64,000 nt of DNA from a virus (Duplodnaviria; Caudoviricetes). Shown here in pieces: positions 1-10,500 of this stretch. Every line of letters begins with the position of its first letter. The first letter of the stretch is position 1. The position numbers and the translations under genes were made by a program. The DNA is taken from IMG/VR virus record IMGVR_UViG_3300029305_003510, positions 96,001-160,000 of that record; one strand, written 5' to 3'. The notes beneath the pieces were generated by a model. That model saw nothing but the letters and a program-made list of their open reading frames with translations, made no database searches and was not told the origin of the DNA.

Positions 1-30
1 TTTATTTCATCAATATCCATCTTAATATAT

Positions 31-270
31 CCAGGGTGATAGTTTCGTATCGTAGGTTCACAGCCTAACCCTGGCACATACGTATGCAATCCTTTGGATA
101 TTGGGCAGCAGACATTGTGAACATGACCTCCAATCTATGTAATCGTGGATATCGTTGTCGACCAAGTTTCAACGGTCGATCAGGACAACAAAGGCACTTC
201 CTTGAGTATGGTATGTTTGCTTGTGAGGCAGGGAGCTGTAGAGGGTGGTGTGTCCTCTACAGCTCATTTT
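31..270 (+). ncRNA. Candidate structured non-coding RNA or leader ending in an intrinsic terminator
   Basis: No credible ORF. Nested stems: CCAGGGT..ACCCTGG enclosing two hairpins, GTCGACC/GGTCGAT, GCAGACAT/ATGTTTGC. Terminator GAGCTGTAGAGG..CCTCTACAGCTC plus T-tract at 233-270. Confidence 0.35.
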
Positions 271-305
271 ATTTTATCAATTATCACAGAAAGGTGTGAA
301 TTTAT

Positions 306-1106
306 ATGATGAAATTATGGGAAAAGATCCTAAACTTCTTTCATTTATATACACAAAGCCAGATGAAGCAAAAGCTGGCCGATAATACAGCTTACTATGA
401 CGCTGAAATTGTAGCTCTTCGAACTTCTGCTGAACAAACGGTAGAAGGGTTGAAGGGAATTATTTCCGCGCATGAAACTCTTCAGTTAAGATATGATGAG
501 GTTGCTGAAGTCGTTACAAAACAGAACGATATGATTGCAAGTCTCAATAAAGTAAAAGAGAATCTTGATAAACAGCTCACGATTGCTAATCAGAGACTTC
601 GTGATATGGAGCGCGTTGATGCTGCGCGAGTAGAAGAAGTTGCTAGATATAAGGAAGCGGCAATGAAGAACATAGAATACGTAAAAGATGTTCAGAAACA
701 GCTTTCTGAGGTACTTCACGACAGTAATGCATTCGGATTTCCGAATAAAGTGGCTATACCCGGATCAACATCCATCAGAACTGATATCAGTGAAGATTCC
801 GCAAATGGTGATATGATCATTGTTCGCGGAAGAACTCTTCTGACTGACGATATGACACCAAAAATTAATGATACACCTGATATGTATGGTCGATTAGAAT
901 TGATCTTTGGTTATATGGAGAGATATGGAGTTCTGTCCAATATTGCTAAGAATCTGATCCGTTCTGGTACGATTGCTTTTACTCTTGCATACAATGATCA
1001 TTGCACTGCATATGAGACATATTATGAGTGTGTAGCAAAACGACAGGACGAGACATCTCTTGTCGTAATCAATGATATGAAGAAATTAGATGTGGAGGGG
1101 CAATGA
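306..1106 (+). CDS. Hypothetical coiled-coil protein
   Basis: 266-aa ORF, SD AGAAAGGTG, heptad-rich N-terminal half. Confidence 0.8.
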   Translation: MMKLWEKILNFFHLYTQSQMKQKLADNTAYYDAEIVALRTSAEQTVEGLKGIISAHETLQLRYDEVAEVVTKQNDMIASLNKVKENLDKQLTIANQRLRDMERVDAARVEEVARYKEAAMKNIEYVKDVQKQLSEVLHDSNAFGFPNKVAIPGSTSIRTDISEDSANGDMIIVRGRTLLTDDMTPKINDTPDMYGRLELIFGYMERYGVLSNIAKNLIRSGTIAFTLAYNDHCTAYETYYECVAKRQDETSLVVINDMKKLDVEGQ

Positions 1107-1125
1107 CCCCTCCACATCTTTTATT
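1088..1125. terminator. Intrinsic terminator between convergent genes
   Basis: AGATGTGGAGGGG-loop-CCCCTCCACATCT followed by TTTATT. Confidence 0.8.
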
Positions 1126-1163
1126 CAATTTTCAGGAATATGCTACTGCAACAGCTATTGCCG

Positions 1164-1655
1164 TCACTCAGAAGTAGTTTCCTCCTTAGTAGTAGCGTCT
1201 TCTTTCGCTGCTTCTTGTTTAGCTTCATCGATAGCCTTCTGAGCTTCCTCTTCAGCGTTTGTCGTTCCACCAATAAGTTCAATCAGCGTCATGATAGACA
1301 CAGTAAGCTCTTGAGCCCGCACTTTATCCAGACCGCCTTCGCTGATCCAGTAGCCGACAACAGCAACGACTTCCAGAATTGCAAAGACAATAATAGCTGT
1401 GGTATTGTCACCAAAACCGATCACACCACATACACCGGCCACCATCAGTGCGACAGCAAGCCAGAATTTACGGCTCTTCAGCTTATCTTTTAGTGTAGGC
1501 TTCTGTGCTTGAATATCGACAAGAGACTGAGCCATGTTGATCAGTTTCTCAACATTAGCCGACTGGTTCGTCTCCAGTGTCGACGTATTCGTCTGTGTAG
1601 TCTGGTTCAGAGACTGGGATTGGGATTGGTTGAGGGATTGGGATGTCGACATCAT
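1164..1655 (-). CDS. Putative holin
   Basis: KLKSRKFWLAV...GYWISEGGLD resembles Firmicute phage holins; 2-3 transmembrane (TM) segments; SD GAGGT. Confidence 0.65.
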   Translation of the reverse strand: MMSTSQSLNQSQSQSLNQTTQTNTSTLETNQSANVEKLINMAQSLVDIQAQKPTLKDKLKSRKFWLAVALMVAGVCGVIGFGDNTTAIIVFAILEVVAVVGYWISEGGLDKVRAQELTVSIMTLIELIGGTTNAEEEAQKAIDEAKQEAAKEDATTKEETTSE

Positions 1656-1992
1656 AATTTACCTCACTTTCAATTTTTTCTTCTTTTGACTTTTTATCAC
1701 CACGAGGTTTGAAGATATCGTTATACTTAAAAACATTCTCAATCGTCTTGGTGATAAGATAGAAACCGATTTGTCCGATTACGATTGTGCACACATTAGA
1801 TGAAAGACTTTCTGCAATCTGTCCACGTCCCATAAAGGCAAGAACATATGAACACCAGATCCATGCAACACCATTGATAGAATAGAACCAAATTAGCTGC
1901 TTAGATGTAGATGAGAAAGTTTTTGCTAAGCCGTTTGTGAATCCAGTAGGTTCTTTTACGCCTTCGGAATTCTTTTTATGGAATATACCCAT
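1555..1992 (-). CDS. Two-TM membrane protein (holin-like or lysis-associated)
   Basis: Two hydrophobic segments (IWFYSINGVAWIWCSYVLAF; VCTIVIGQIGFYLI), SD GGAGG, directly upstream of the holin. Confidence 0.6.
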   Translation of the reverse strand: MGIFHKKNSEGVKEPTGFTNGLAKTFSSTSKQLIWFYSINGVAWIWCSYVLAFMGRGQIAESLSSNVCTIVIGQIGFYLITKTIENVFKYNDIFKPRGDKKSKEEKIESEVNYDVDIPIPQPIPIPVSEPDYTDEYVDTGDEPVG

Positions 1993-2003
1993 TGGTACCT
2001 CCT

Positions 2004-4118
2004 TTACTCAGTTGCAGCTTGAATCACGATCAGGAACTGGAGAATGTCCCCCTCTTTCAGTCGGATATTGAGAAGCTCAATACCGGTGGCAGTGACATCA
2101 TAATCTTGACCTTCACGCAGAACTGTCTGTCCATAATTGACAAGCAGAATCTTATCAGTATCGGGATTATAATCATCAACCGTGATCAAGTTGTTATTGT
2201 TGGTAGTTTCGCTGTATACTGCAAGCTTGGTAAAGAAATTACCAGGACGCGTTTTGAGCTCGGTGATAGCTGCTTCCAGATAAGTTCTCAGGTCAGTATT
2301 CTGATTCTGTGTAGATACCGTCCAATGGAACTTACTAGTAGCATTACCAGTATTACCGACATAGAGATTGATCTCATCTGCGTGATACCACACATCACCG
2401 ATTGTAGTACGATTACCATCTGCATCCATATTAGGTGGTTCAGAGGGTTGAATAGTAATCTGGGATGGAACCATACCGAGACCATGTTCAATCACTGTTT
2501 CACCAAGAGTGTTAGGATCATCGCCATAGTAAAGATCTTTCTGTGTATCACCGAAGAAGTTACCGTCACCCTCAGCAACCTGGAAGATAGGATATGTAGA
2601 AGTGATATCCATCTGACCATGACCGAGAGAATACCAAACGTGCTTATCTTCATTATACACTAACCAGAGATAAGATCCTTCTTTATATCCACCAAATACA
2701 GGATTACCAAAACAGTCACAGATAGCCTCTGCGGGACCATCGATACATTTTGCCGTGGGCGCCGTTTCAAGATCATGTGCTAACTTTACCAGCAAAGTAT
2801 AATGGTCACAGAGAACGCTATAGGACATATCTAAATGAATATGCTGACCAGACTGACCACTTGCATTGATGACGTTGAAGTTGGGAACGTCCATCATTGC
2901 ACCCTGGAGAATTGTAAAATAGATAGCCTCATTTGTATCCAGATGACTGGTGAGAAGCACTACCTGATCCAGAGTATCAATGGTGTAGTCAACATCATAC
3001 ACGAGTAATTTATTGTCTCTGATTACACTAAGATGATCTTTCTTACGATTAAAGTTAGGGACTGGAATAACAGTAATCCCATTATCGGTCGCTACATATT
3101 CTTCATGTAATACATTGAGAGAATATCTGTAGTTTCCAGTAGCTCCCCAATTATTTGGAACAATTTCACCATTGGTTTCAATCATCCTGACAGTACGGAA
3201 AACGAGAATATCATCAGCATAAAGAGGAAACGCCATTTGGATATGAGCCGAATCTTCTGTGATTTCATAGTCTAAACCATTTCGTAAGATAGTTTGACCA
3301 TAGTTGATCTCCAGATAATTAGAACCGATAGCCTTTACCGGAATAGGCACTCGTTCTGTTCCAGTTTCATCAATCGTTACTGGATAGTTTTCTACTTCAA
3401 TATCATATTTGAAATTTCCACGCTTAGCAGTCACTGTATAAGATGTAATCTTAAAGAAAAGAATTTCATCCTTGTACAACGAAAAGTTGAGGAGTTTTAT
3501 TGTATCGGGAGCTTTACGAACGAACTCATAGTCTAGCATCGGTCGAAGCATAGTTTGACCATAGTTAATATCCAGCATCATTGTGTTAGCATCAAACCCG
3601 GGAATTACAATCAAACTCTCATTATCGTGTGTGGCAGTATGTGTGTATTCTCTTACAACAGGGAGCAGCACCTTAGTGATATCACTATAGGTATCACTGC
3701 TCATCAACGTCCATGCATTTTGTTTTTCGCTATACACAAGGAACATTGTAGTTCCAGCACACTGACCACCAGGAATAGGTTCACCCGCACCACTTAAAAT
3801 AGGTTTAGGTCCACTTCCATTAAAATCGAGAGATGGTTCACACTCTACATTGGTGTGAACTGTAAGTAAAAGAGGAAATCCATCTGTGAGAATTTTATTA
3901 CGAATATGCGCTTCTAGTTTTCGCTCAGTGCCACGACTATATGCATGGTTGAAATGTTTCACTGAATTACCCAGATGATTATCATAGGTAGTCAGCCAGG
4001 TCTCTAATACACCGCCGTTTTCCCGACGAAGAATATTAGAAGTTACCGTTTGTGGAAAAAGAATATCGAAGATGTTTTTCTTCGCATTAAAACGGCGCAT
4101 ACGAAATAGCCGATTCAT
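2004..4118 (-). CDS. Virion tail/baseplate protein with repeated beta-rich modules
   Basis: Repeats INYGQTMLRPMLDY, INYGQTILRNGLDY, VNYGQTVLREGQDY; late-type promoter upstream; structural cluster. Confidence 0.65.
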   Translation of the reverse strand: MNRLFRMRRFNAKKNIFDILFPQTVTSNILRRENGGVLETWLTTYDNHLGNSVKHFNHAYSRGTERKLEAHIRNKILTDGFPLLLTVHTNVECEPSLDFNGSGPKPILSGAGEPIPGGQCAGTTMFLVYSEKQNAWTLMSSDTYSDITKVLLPVVREYTHTATHDNESLIVIPGFDANTMMLDINYGQTMLRPMLDYEFVRKAPDTIKLLNFSLYKDEILFFKITSYTVTAKRGNFKYDIEVENYPVTIDETGTERVPIPVKAIGSNYLEINYGQTILRNGLDYEITEDSAHIQMAFPLYADDILVFRTVRMIETNGEIVPNNWGATGNYRYSLNVLHEEYVATDNGITVIPVPNFNRKKDHLSVIRDNKLLVYDVDYTIDTLDQVVLLTSHLDTNEAIYFTILQGAMMDVPNFNVINASGQSGQHIHLDMSYSVLCDHYTLLVKLAHDLETAPTAKCIDGPAEAICDCFGNPVFGGYKEGSYLWLVYNEDKHVWYSLGHGQMDITSTYPIFQVAEGDGNFFGDTQKDLYYGDDPNTLGETVIEHGLGMVPSQITIQPSEPPNMDADGNRTTIGDVWYHADEINLYVGNTGNATSKFHWTVSTQNQNTDLRTYLEAAITELKTRPGNFFTKLAVYSETTNNNNLITVDDYNPDTDKILLVNYGQTVLREGQDYDVTATGIELLNIRLKEGDILQFLIVIQAATE

Positions 4119-4173
4119 AAAAACATTACCTCCTTCATCGGATATCTCCGGTTATAGTCATGTTTCACGAAAA

Positions 4174-4213
4174 GAATACCGCTGGGGAGAATATCCCCAG
4201 CGGTACTTTATTT
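4174..4213. terminator. Intrinsic terminator downstream of the tail-fibre gene
   Basis: TACCGCTGGGGA-loop-TCCCCAGCGGTA flanked by A and T tracts. Confidence 0.75.
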
Positions 4214-4245
4214 TAAGTCTTAGTTGTGCAGTTTGAGATTACTAA

Positions 4246-6057
4246 TTACTGAGCAATCTCGACCATCACCATCTGACCGACAGCAACATCCTGCATCTCG
4301 TCAGTGCTGGAAACCAGAACGGGCACGCTCAGAGCCAGCTCAGCAACAGCCTCAGCAGTGGCGAAGTAGTCAGCAGCGTGGCCGCCCAGAGTAGCAGCAT
4401 CGCCAGTGATATCAGCAGCCAGCTTGCCATCGACACCGATCTTCAGGATCTTGCCAGCATTCTCGACGGAAGCGACGTCAACCAGCATATCAGTGTTGAT
4501 AGCATCAGTGATACCATAACCCGCCAGGGTGGTGGGAGTACCGGTGATCTTAGTCCAGGCGATATCGGGCAGACGCTCAGCAGCGATAGTACCGGTAGTG
4601 ATCCAGCTACCATCGATAGCCTTGATCTGGCTCTGCAGTTCATTGATGTTGTACAGGACAGAGCCCTCGGTAGAAGTGTCACCCAGAGTCTCCTCCAGAG
4701 CATCAACGCGAGTTACAACGGTCTCGCCACCATCACCAGCACCCAGAACGATAGCAGCAATCTCCTCAACGGTACCGGCCAGATTCTCGTGAGCCTCAGC
4801 GGTAGCGAAGTAAGAAGCGGCATGACCCTCCAGGGTAGCAGCGTCGCCAGTGATGTTAACAGGCAGCTTACCCTCAGCATTCAGCACCAGAACCTTACCG
4901 GCATTGGCAGCAGAAGCCTCGGTAACCAGCATATCAGAAGCAACGGCATCGGTAATGCCATAGCCGGCCAGAGTAGTGGGCTTGTTCTGAACACCAGACC
5001 AGTCAACAGCAGAGGCAGTGCCAGCGCTGTAGGGCATCAGGCCCTGCATATAGTCAGCGGTACCCAGCTTAGTCTCGTCGGTAACGAAATACATCTTACC
5101 AACAGAGCCCTCAGCATCAGCGACCTTAACGGTATCACCGTTCTGAACCTGCTCAGTGGTCAGGTTAGCCAGCTCAGCCTCGGAAGCCACGACGTACATA
5201 CGCTCGATGGCAGCCTTGGGGAACAGAGAGATGTCCAGAGTGCCGGTCTTGATCTGAGAAGCATCGATGTTCTGGATACCAGTCTGCAGAGCCTTCACGT
5301 CGGCAACCAGGCCAGTGTCAGAATCAGCATTACCGACGATCTCCTCAACAGTCTGAACACGAGAAGCAGCCGCATAATACTCGGCAGCATTGCCACCCAG
5401 AGTAGCAGCATCACCGGTAATATCGAAAGCCAGCTTACCGTCAGCATTAGCCTGAGCAACCTTGGAAGCAGCAGCAGCGCCACCAGCATTAGCCAGATCA
5501 GTAGTCTTCACCGCATCGGTGATACCGTAGCCAGCAACAGTGGTAGGAGCGCCGGTAATGCGGCTCCAAGCAACAGCAGAGGTCTCATCGGACAGCTTCA
5601 TGTAGGAAACGGTACCGTCAGCAACCGCAGTGACCAGATACACGGCACCGTTGGTAACCTTGACGATATCGCCTACGTTAACATCCTCGCCAGTCAGAGC
5701 AGCCTTGGCGTCCTCAGAGCCAACCTCGACACCCTTACCGGAAATGTCAACGGGCAGGTTCTCACGAGCGATCACACCCTCAATGGCAGAAGCGTTGACA
5801 GTGGTGATCTCAGAACCATCCCTCAGTGCAGGAATAACGACATTATCGATAGTGGCCATGCGATTAATTGCACGCAGCATCAGAGCAGACATGGTCTCCT
5901 CAGCGCTCAGAACGTCATTGACCTGGAAAGCGGTCTCCTCACCGGTAATAGTGGAAGCGGCGCCCAGGGCAACGATGTCGGCAGAAGTAGCGAAATGGAT
6001 AGCATCCCAATCTACGCCATTATACCGACGGACAGTAGTCTTGCGAGTAGTAGCCAT
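4246..6057 (-). CDS. Tail fibre-like repeat protein
   Basis: Three repeats of W.{5}PTT[LV]AGYGITDA...ITGDAATL.G.AA.Y[FY]A; strongly biased codon usage. Confidence 0.7.
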   Translation of the reverse strand: MATTRKTTVRRYNGVDWDAIHFATSADIVALGAASTITGEETAFQVNDVLSAEETMSALMLRAINRMATIDNVVIPALRDGSEITTVNASAIEGVIARENLPVDISGKGVEVGSEDAKAALTGEDVNVGDIVKVTNGAVYLVTAVADGTVSYMKLSDETSAVAWSRITGAPTTVAGYGITDAVKTTDLANAGGAAAASKVAQANADGKLAFDITGDAATLGGNAAEYYAAASRVQTVEEIVGNADSDTGLVADVKALQTGIQNIDASQIKTGTLDISLFPKAAIERMYVVASEAELANLTTEQVQNGDTVKVADAEGSVGKMYFVTDETKLGTADYMQGLMPYSAGTASAVDWSGVQNKPTTLAGYGITDAVASDMLVTEASAANAGKVLVLNAEGKLPVNITGDAATLEGHAASYFATAEAHENLAGTVEEIAAIVLGAGDGGETVVTRVDALEETLGDTSTEGSVLYNINELQSQIKAIDGSWITTGTIAAERLPDIAWTKITGTPTTLAGYGITDAINTDMLVDVASVENAGKILKIGVDGKLAADITGDAATLGGHAADYFATAEAVAELALSVPVLVSSTDEMQDVAVGQMVMVEIAQ

Positions 6058-6088
6058 AAATCTTCACATTCCTTTCTGGTAAATAGAT

Positions 6089-7378
6089 TTATTCAGATTG
6101 CTTGATCTGCTTCAGTACGATGAACTGAATCACATCACCCGAAGCAAGGGTGAAGTCGTTGATAAGATGGATGCCATTTTCGACAGCAATGTAGTCTATA
6201 CCGACACGAAGCATAGTTTGGCCATAGTTCACGACAAGTTTGTCAACAGATCCATCGAAACCTTCGATCGTGGCAATGCTGGTAACATCGTCAGAGGCGA
6301 CGGTATAGTTTACCACCAAAGCATCAATCTTACCCGGACGGTTAGCAATGGAAGTATCGAGTTCCTTGAGTTTCATCTCGTACTCTTCACGTAATGTCTC
6401 TTCCAGCTTTACGAGTTTCTGATTACATTCCTTTTGAATTTCAGAAATGTAATTGGTCATAGCCTCGAAACGAATTTCAGTAGACTTGTAAAAAGTTTCT
6501 ACTCGTTCACTGAGAATAGATACTACAGAAGTTACGGCAGACTCTGTGGACTCTAGCAGAACCCAGCTTGAATCAGGTTCATCGTATATGAGCATTATAA
6601 TGTTGTTTTCTGTGATAGAATGAGGAATTGGCTCTCCCTCTTTCGTAACAATGGGCATTGGGTCCATTGAGTTCACGGAAATGGTTGCGCCCGGGTTCAG
6701 ATCTTCGGTAACTCGAACAGTCATTACCATAAGATCCTTAATTTCCCCGTCCACAAAAATGCTGGTAGAGTCTCCTCCACCAACAGTTTCAGCATAAATA
6801 TCACCAGCACTTGCACCATCAAGACCCCATCCCTCGAATAGATGCTTATGTCGATTATATTTACCCTCATATGTAATATAAGCATCGGTATCAAAGAACT
6901 TGATCACTGCATGTTCTTCATCACCTTTAAATGCCATACACATACCGAATGCAGTAGGCCATCCGAGTGTTTCAAAGTTTTCATACTCGATTGGACCGCA
7001 GAAAAATGCAGGTGCTTTCATTTGTCGAATTACACTATCCGGCGTAAAGCTAAGATCCAGCTGATCCAACTGACTAAGTCTGGTATATACAGTAATACCA
7101 TTTACTCTATCAGCATTAAGAACATTCGTTCCAGGATCAAATTTGGTAAGAATCTGCTTCAGATACTCAAGGCTGTTAGGGGAGAACAGCCGCCCGTTAT
7201 GGGGATTCCGAATATAGAAAGTACCTTCTTTGTAGTTGATACCAAGTTCGCCGGGTGCAAGTTTATCTTTATCGTCATCAGAAGTGATCTCTTTTACAAT
7301 GATACGGAATATCTGCGACAGCAAGTGCATTTGATACTCGCTCAATGTAGTATTGACCGGATCACGGGTCATGGCCAT
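6089..7378 (-). CDS. Tail-associated structural protein
   Basis: LAPGELGINY N-terminal motif typical of fibre proteins, coiled coil, and a C-terminal VNYGQTMLRVGIDY module shared with 2004-4118. Confidence 0.65.
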   Translation of the reverse strand: MAMTRDPVNTTLSEYQMHLLSQIFRIIVKEITSDDDKDKLAPGELGINYKEGTFYIRNPHNGRLFSPNSLEYLKQILTKFDPGTNVLNADRVNGITVYTRLSQLDQLDLSFTPDSVIRQMKAPAFFCGPIEYENFETLGWPTAFGMCMAFKGDEEHAVIKFFDTDAYITYEGKYNRHKHLFEGWGLDGASAGDIYAETVGGGDSTSIFVDGEIKDLMVMTVRVTEDLNPGATISVNSMDPMPIVTKEGEPIPHSITENNIIMLIYDEPDSSWVLLESTESAVTSVVSILSERVETFYKSTEIRFEAMTNYISEIQKECNQKLVKLEETLREEYEMKLKELDTSIANRPGKIDALVVNYTVASDDVTSIATIEGFDGSVDKLVVNYGQTMLRVGIDYIAVENGIHLINDFTLASGDVIQFIVLKQIKQSE

Positions 7379-7443
7379 CAATCCTCCTTCGTTGCTTGAT
7401 TATACTGATGTTCCGACATAAAAGTTAAAGTGGAAAAGAAATA

Positions 7444-7470
7444 AAGAGAGCCCAAGCTGGCTCTCTTTTC
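7444..7470. terminator. Small intrinsic terminator
   Basis: AAGAGAGCC-loop-GGCTCTCTT TTC. Confidence 0.55.
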
Positions 7471-7524
7471 TGTTTCCGATTTGGTGATAAATTAGTCTAT
7501 ATTATAAGTATAGATTGGATAAAG

Positions 7525-7560
7525 AAGAGACACCCGGGAGAAATCCCGGGTGTTCTTTTT
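7525..7560. repeat. Conserved terminator family GACACCCGGGA..TCCCGGGTGTTC, copy 1
   Basis: Near-identical hairpins at 59562-59597 and 61095-61137. Confidence 0.8.
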
Positions 7561-10500
7561 ACTCTTTGATGGTATAAGTCTGATCACTACCAAGACCAGG
7601 AATAATAATGCGAGATTGATTATCCGGCATACCGGTAAGACTGATATCAGAGATAGCGTTGAATTTTCTAACAAGATCTCTGATAAAGTATTCAGCTTCA
7701 TCTTGATGATCTTCCAGATATTTCAGTTCTCTCATAAGTCTACCATTATAGATATACTCCTCCATGAGAACATCGTAGAATCCACGATATGTCTTATCAC
7801 AGACATGCATCGGAATCATTTTCTCATAATCTCTATCCGGTCTTTGAATACTAGTAGAAGTGTCAGGAGCATTCCAATATTGGATAGCAAGACGCTTTGC
7901 TCGACTAAGATAGATATCTTTCTTGCTATAGAAGAAATCGACACAAGAAATTATCTCGTTGAAATTCAGCAACTGGATTTTACCTGCGGCAATTTCTTTA
8001 TATTCCGTTCTAGGGATATATCTACCATTGACGAATAGCATCATTCTATCACCCAGGAATGCAATATCTCGATAGGAATAATCGATTACATGTCTCCATG
8101 CGGCTTCTCTTTCACGGTTAGTTACACCTTCTTCATCGTCATAGTCGATATGATATCTTCCGATGTTAGTGGAATACGTTACACTGTAATCGGTAGTATC
8201 AATTCGAGCGGTACTAACGGTATGAGATCTTCCGGTATAAAGTCGCATGAGACCAGGATCAAAGACATCCTCGCCAGTGACAAGACGTTTATGGAAGATA
8301 TTAACATCTTTCAGATCAATTACACCAGATGAAATCAGATCTGCAAGAATGCTGATATAACGAATACCAAGCTTTCCTCTGAAATTCATAACAATATCAT
8401 CAAACATAAATGCTGTAATATTATCATGATCGAACTGGAGCATCAGCAGACGTTCGTTGATATTCAGAATCATAGACTCAGTATCGGAATAACAGACCTT
8501 GTTATCGATTTCTTCTAGGAATTCATACCAAATTGCACGATCAGTCGGATCTTCGGAGAACTGTTTACCATAGTTGATCTTATAAAGTGTGGGATCGTCA
8601 ACTTTGCGGAACAGTTCAATTTCAGTCTCATCGCCATGTGCGCCATAGTCAAACGTCAGCGTTGATTTAACATCACCTTCACCGAGATCCATTAAGAAAC
8701 CTTCAGGGAGATTGTATCCATTTTCCATAAGAGGAGAACAAACAATTTCCCCAACGTAGTCCTGCAGTGTGACACCAGGGATGTTGACCCAGATTGTACC
8801 AATTTCAGCGAAGTCGGGTTCCCTAATAGACATGATGTACTTCAGGTTATTCATCTTCGCAGTCTGAATAACAGGAGCAGCATCTTCTGGATCAGGCGGG
8901 ATATCTAGCCAGTACATGCCAATCTCAGCATTCTCCGGCTTCTCTTCGGAAAGGATATACTCAGCACCATCCGTTTCCATATCCACATTATCGAGTTCCG
9001 GATAAGGATTCTCAATTTCATTCGCCGCGTTACTGTACACATAATCGATCAAGAGAACTTTATAGACTGCTACGTTTAGAGTCTCTTTATCCATTGTATC
9101 CAGATAACTTTCCCAAAGAATTCTGATCGCAGTTTTATCCTCCTCAGTACCCTCGGTAATGTATCGGAGAATGATTCTCTTTTTCTGCTCGACAGTGTAT
9201 CCTGCGATCTCTGCACCAGTGATATAGTTACCAGATTCATCATCCACATAAGAGATAGTTTCCAATGCAAACATGTCCGGCGCTACAACACCTACACCGT
9301 TCAACACATTATCGAACGGGTTTTCATCAATATATGGTGTATCAGGATTATCTTTACCATCTACGTCAAAAGTCTCGGCATATATTTGACCTTCATAATG
9401 CCAACTATCAGGAGGAGGGCCAATACCGGATTCGTATTGTTCGAAACCTTCACGCTCAGGAAGAGTATTGTCTTCAATGGACACGGCATTCAATTCTGGA
9501 GATTCTGGTAGAGGACCAATATTCATCTCGGTTCTTTCAACAATGCGGGGGTCATCTATGCCAGAACCTTCTTGTAGAACCAGATAGTCTTTATGGCCTT
9601 TAGATAGTTTAAAATATGTCAGTAGTAGTTCAGTGTATTCCTGTGGGCCTGTATCATCAATAATCATATCCATTGCATATGAGCCAGCTTTGATATCCTG
9701 AGGGATATTATCAGGATCAAGTCCCATGGCTTTGATACGTTCAATAGGATTTACCTGGAACATATCAGGTTCTACGTTGACAAGAAGTTCGAACCAAAGA
9801 TGCTGGTCTTTCACCGAAGGCTCAACAGTTGCTACACGGACAGCATCATCTACAGGATGATCGATCACATCACCACGAAGAATAAGCAGGTTCCGATAGA
9901 AGCGGTTCAGTTTAGTATGCAGTTCTAAAATATTATTCAGATCTACATAATCTCCAATATTTTCAATGACAGTATCTTCACCAGCGTTAAACTTGATCAA
10001 TGTAAACCTATTCACATCATACATCTCAGAGTCAATGATATAAGTGGGGTTACCAAGTTCAAGGTTTTCTACATAATGGTCATCTATCTTTTTAAGAGAT
10101 ACCACCTGATAGTCACTAAAAATATTACCACAATAGAACATGATATCTCGATGAGGCTCAAATGGTACATTTGTGACAATAGCACTTTTTGTTTTACCAT
10201 TGAGCATATGAATATCTGTCTGGAAGAAAGTAGGTCTTGCAAAGCGACTGTTATCACACATCAAGAAATCATTCTGCTCACTACAGAAGAACGGGAATTT
10301 CTCCCAAAGTCTATAGCAGTATGCTGCAATTCTGAAAAGCTTATCCAGAATAATCTCTTCATCGTCAGACCCAAGGATTACATCGTTCACCGGTCGGAGC
10401 TTGTTCAGATATTCTACATCACAGTTATATGGATCATCGATCATCATAAATTCCGGATAGCAAACCAAACGTGATACATCCGGACAAGGTATCCTGTCAG

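Noticed and set aside
84-299. 71-aa ORF in the first intergenic region, and the 55391-55645 minus-strand ORF
   Set aside because: No SD, atypical composition, and each overlaps a stem-rich non-coding structure.
4378-6105. Long antisense ORFs (also 22472-23257, 34206-35132, 42898-43746, 45451-46437, 53062-54504, 55997-56698)
   Set aside because: They mirror strongly codon-biased genes in register and have no protein motifs; this is the expected shadow of codon bias.
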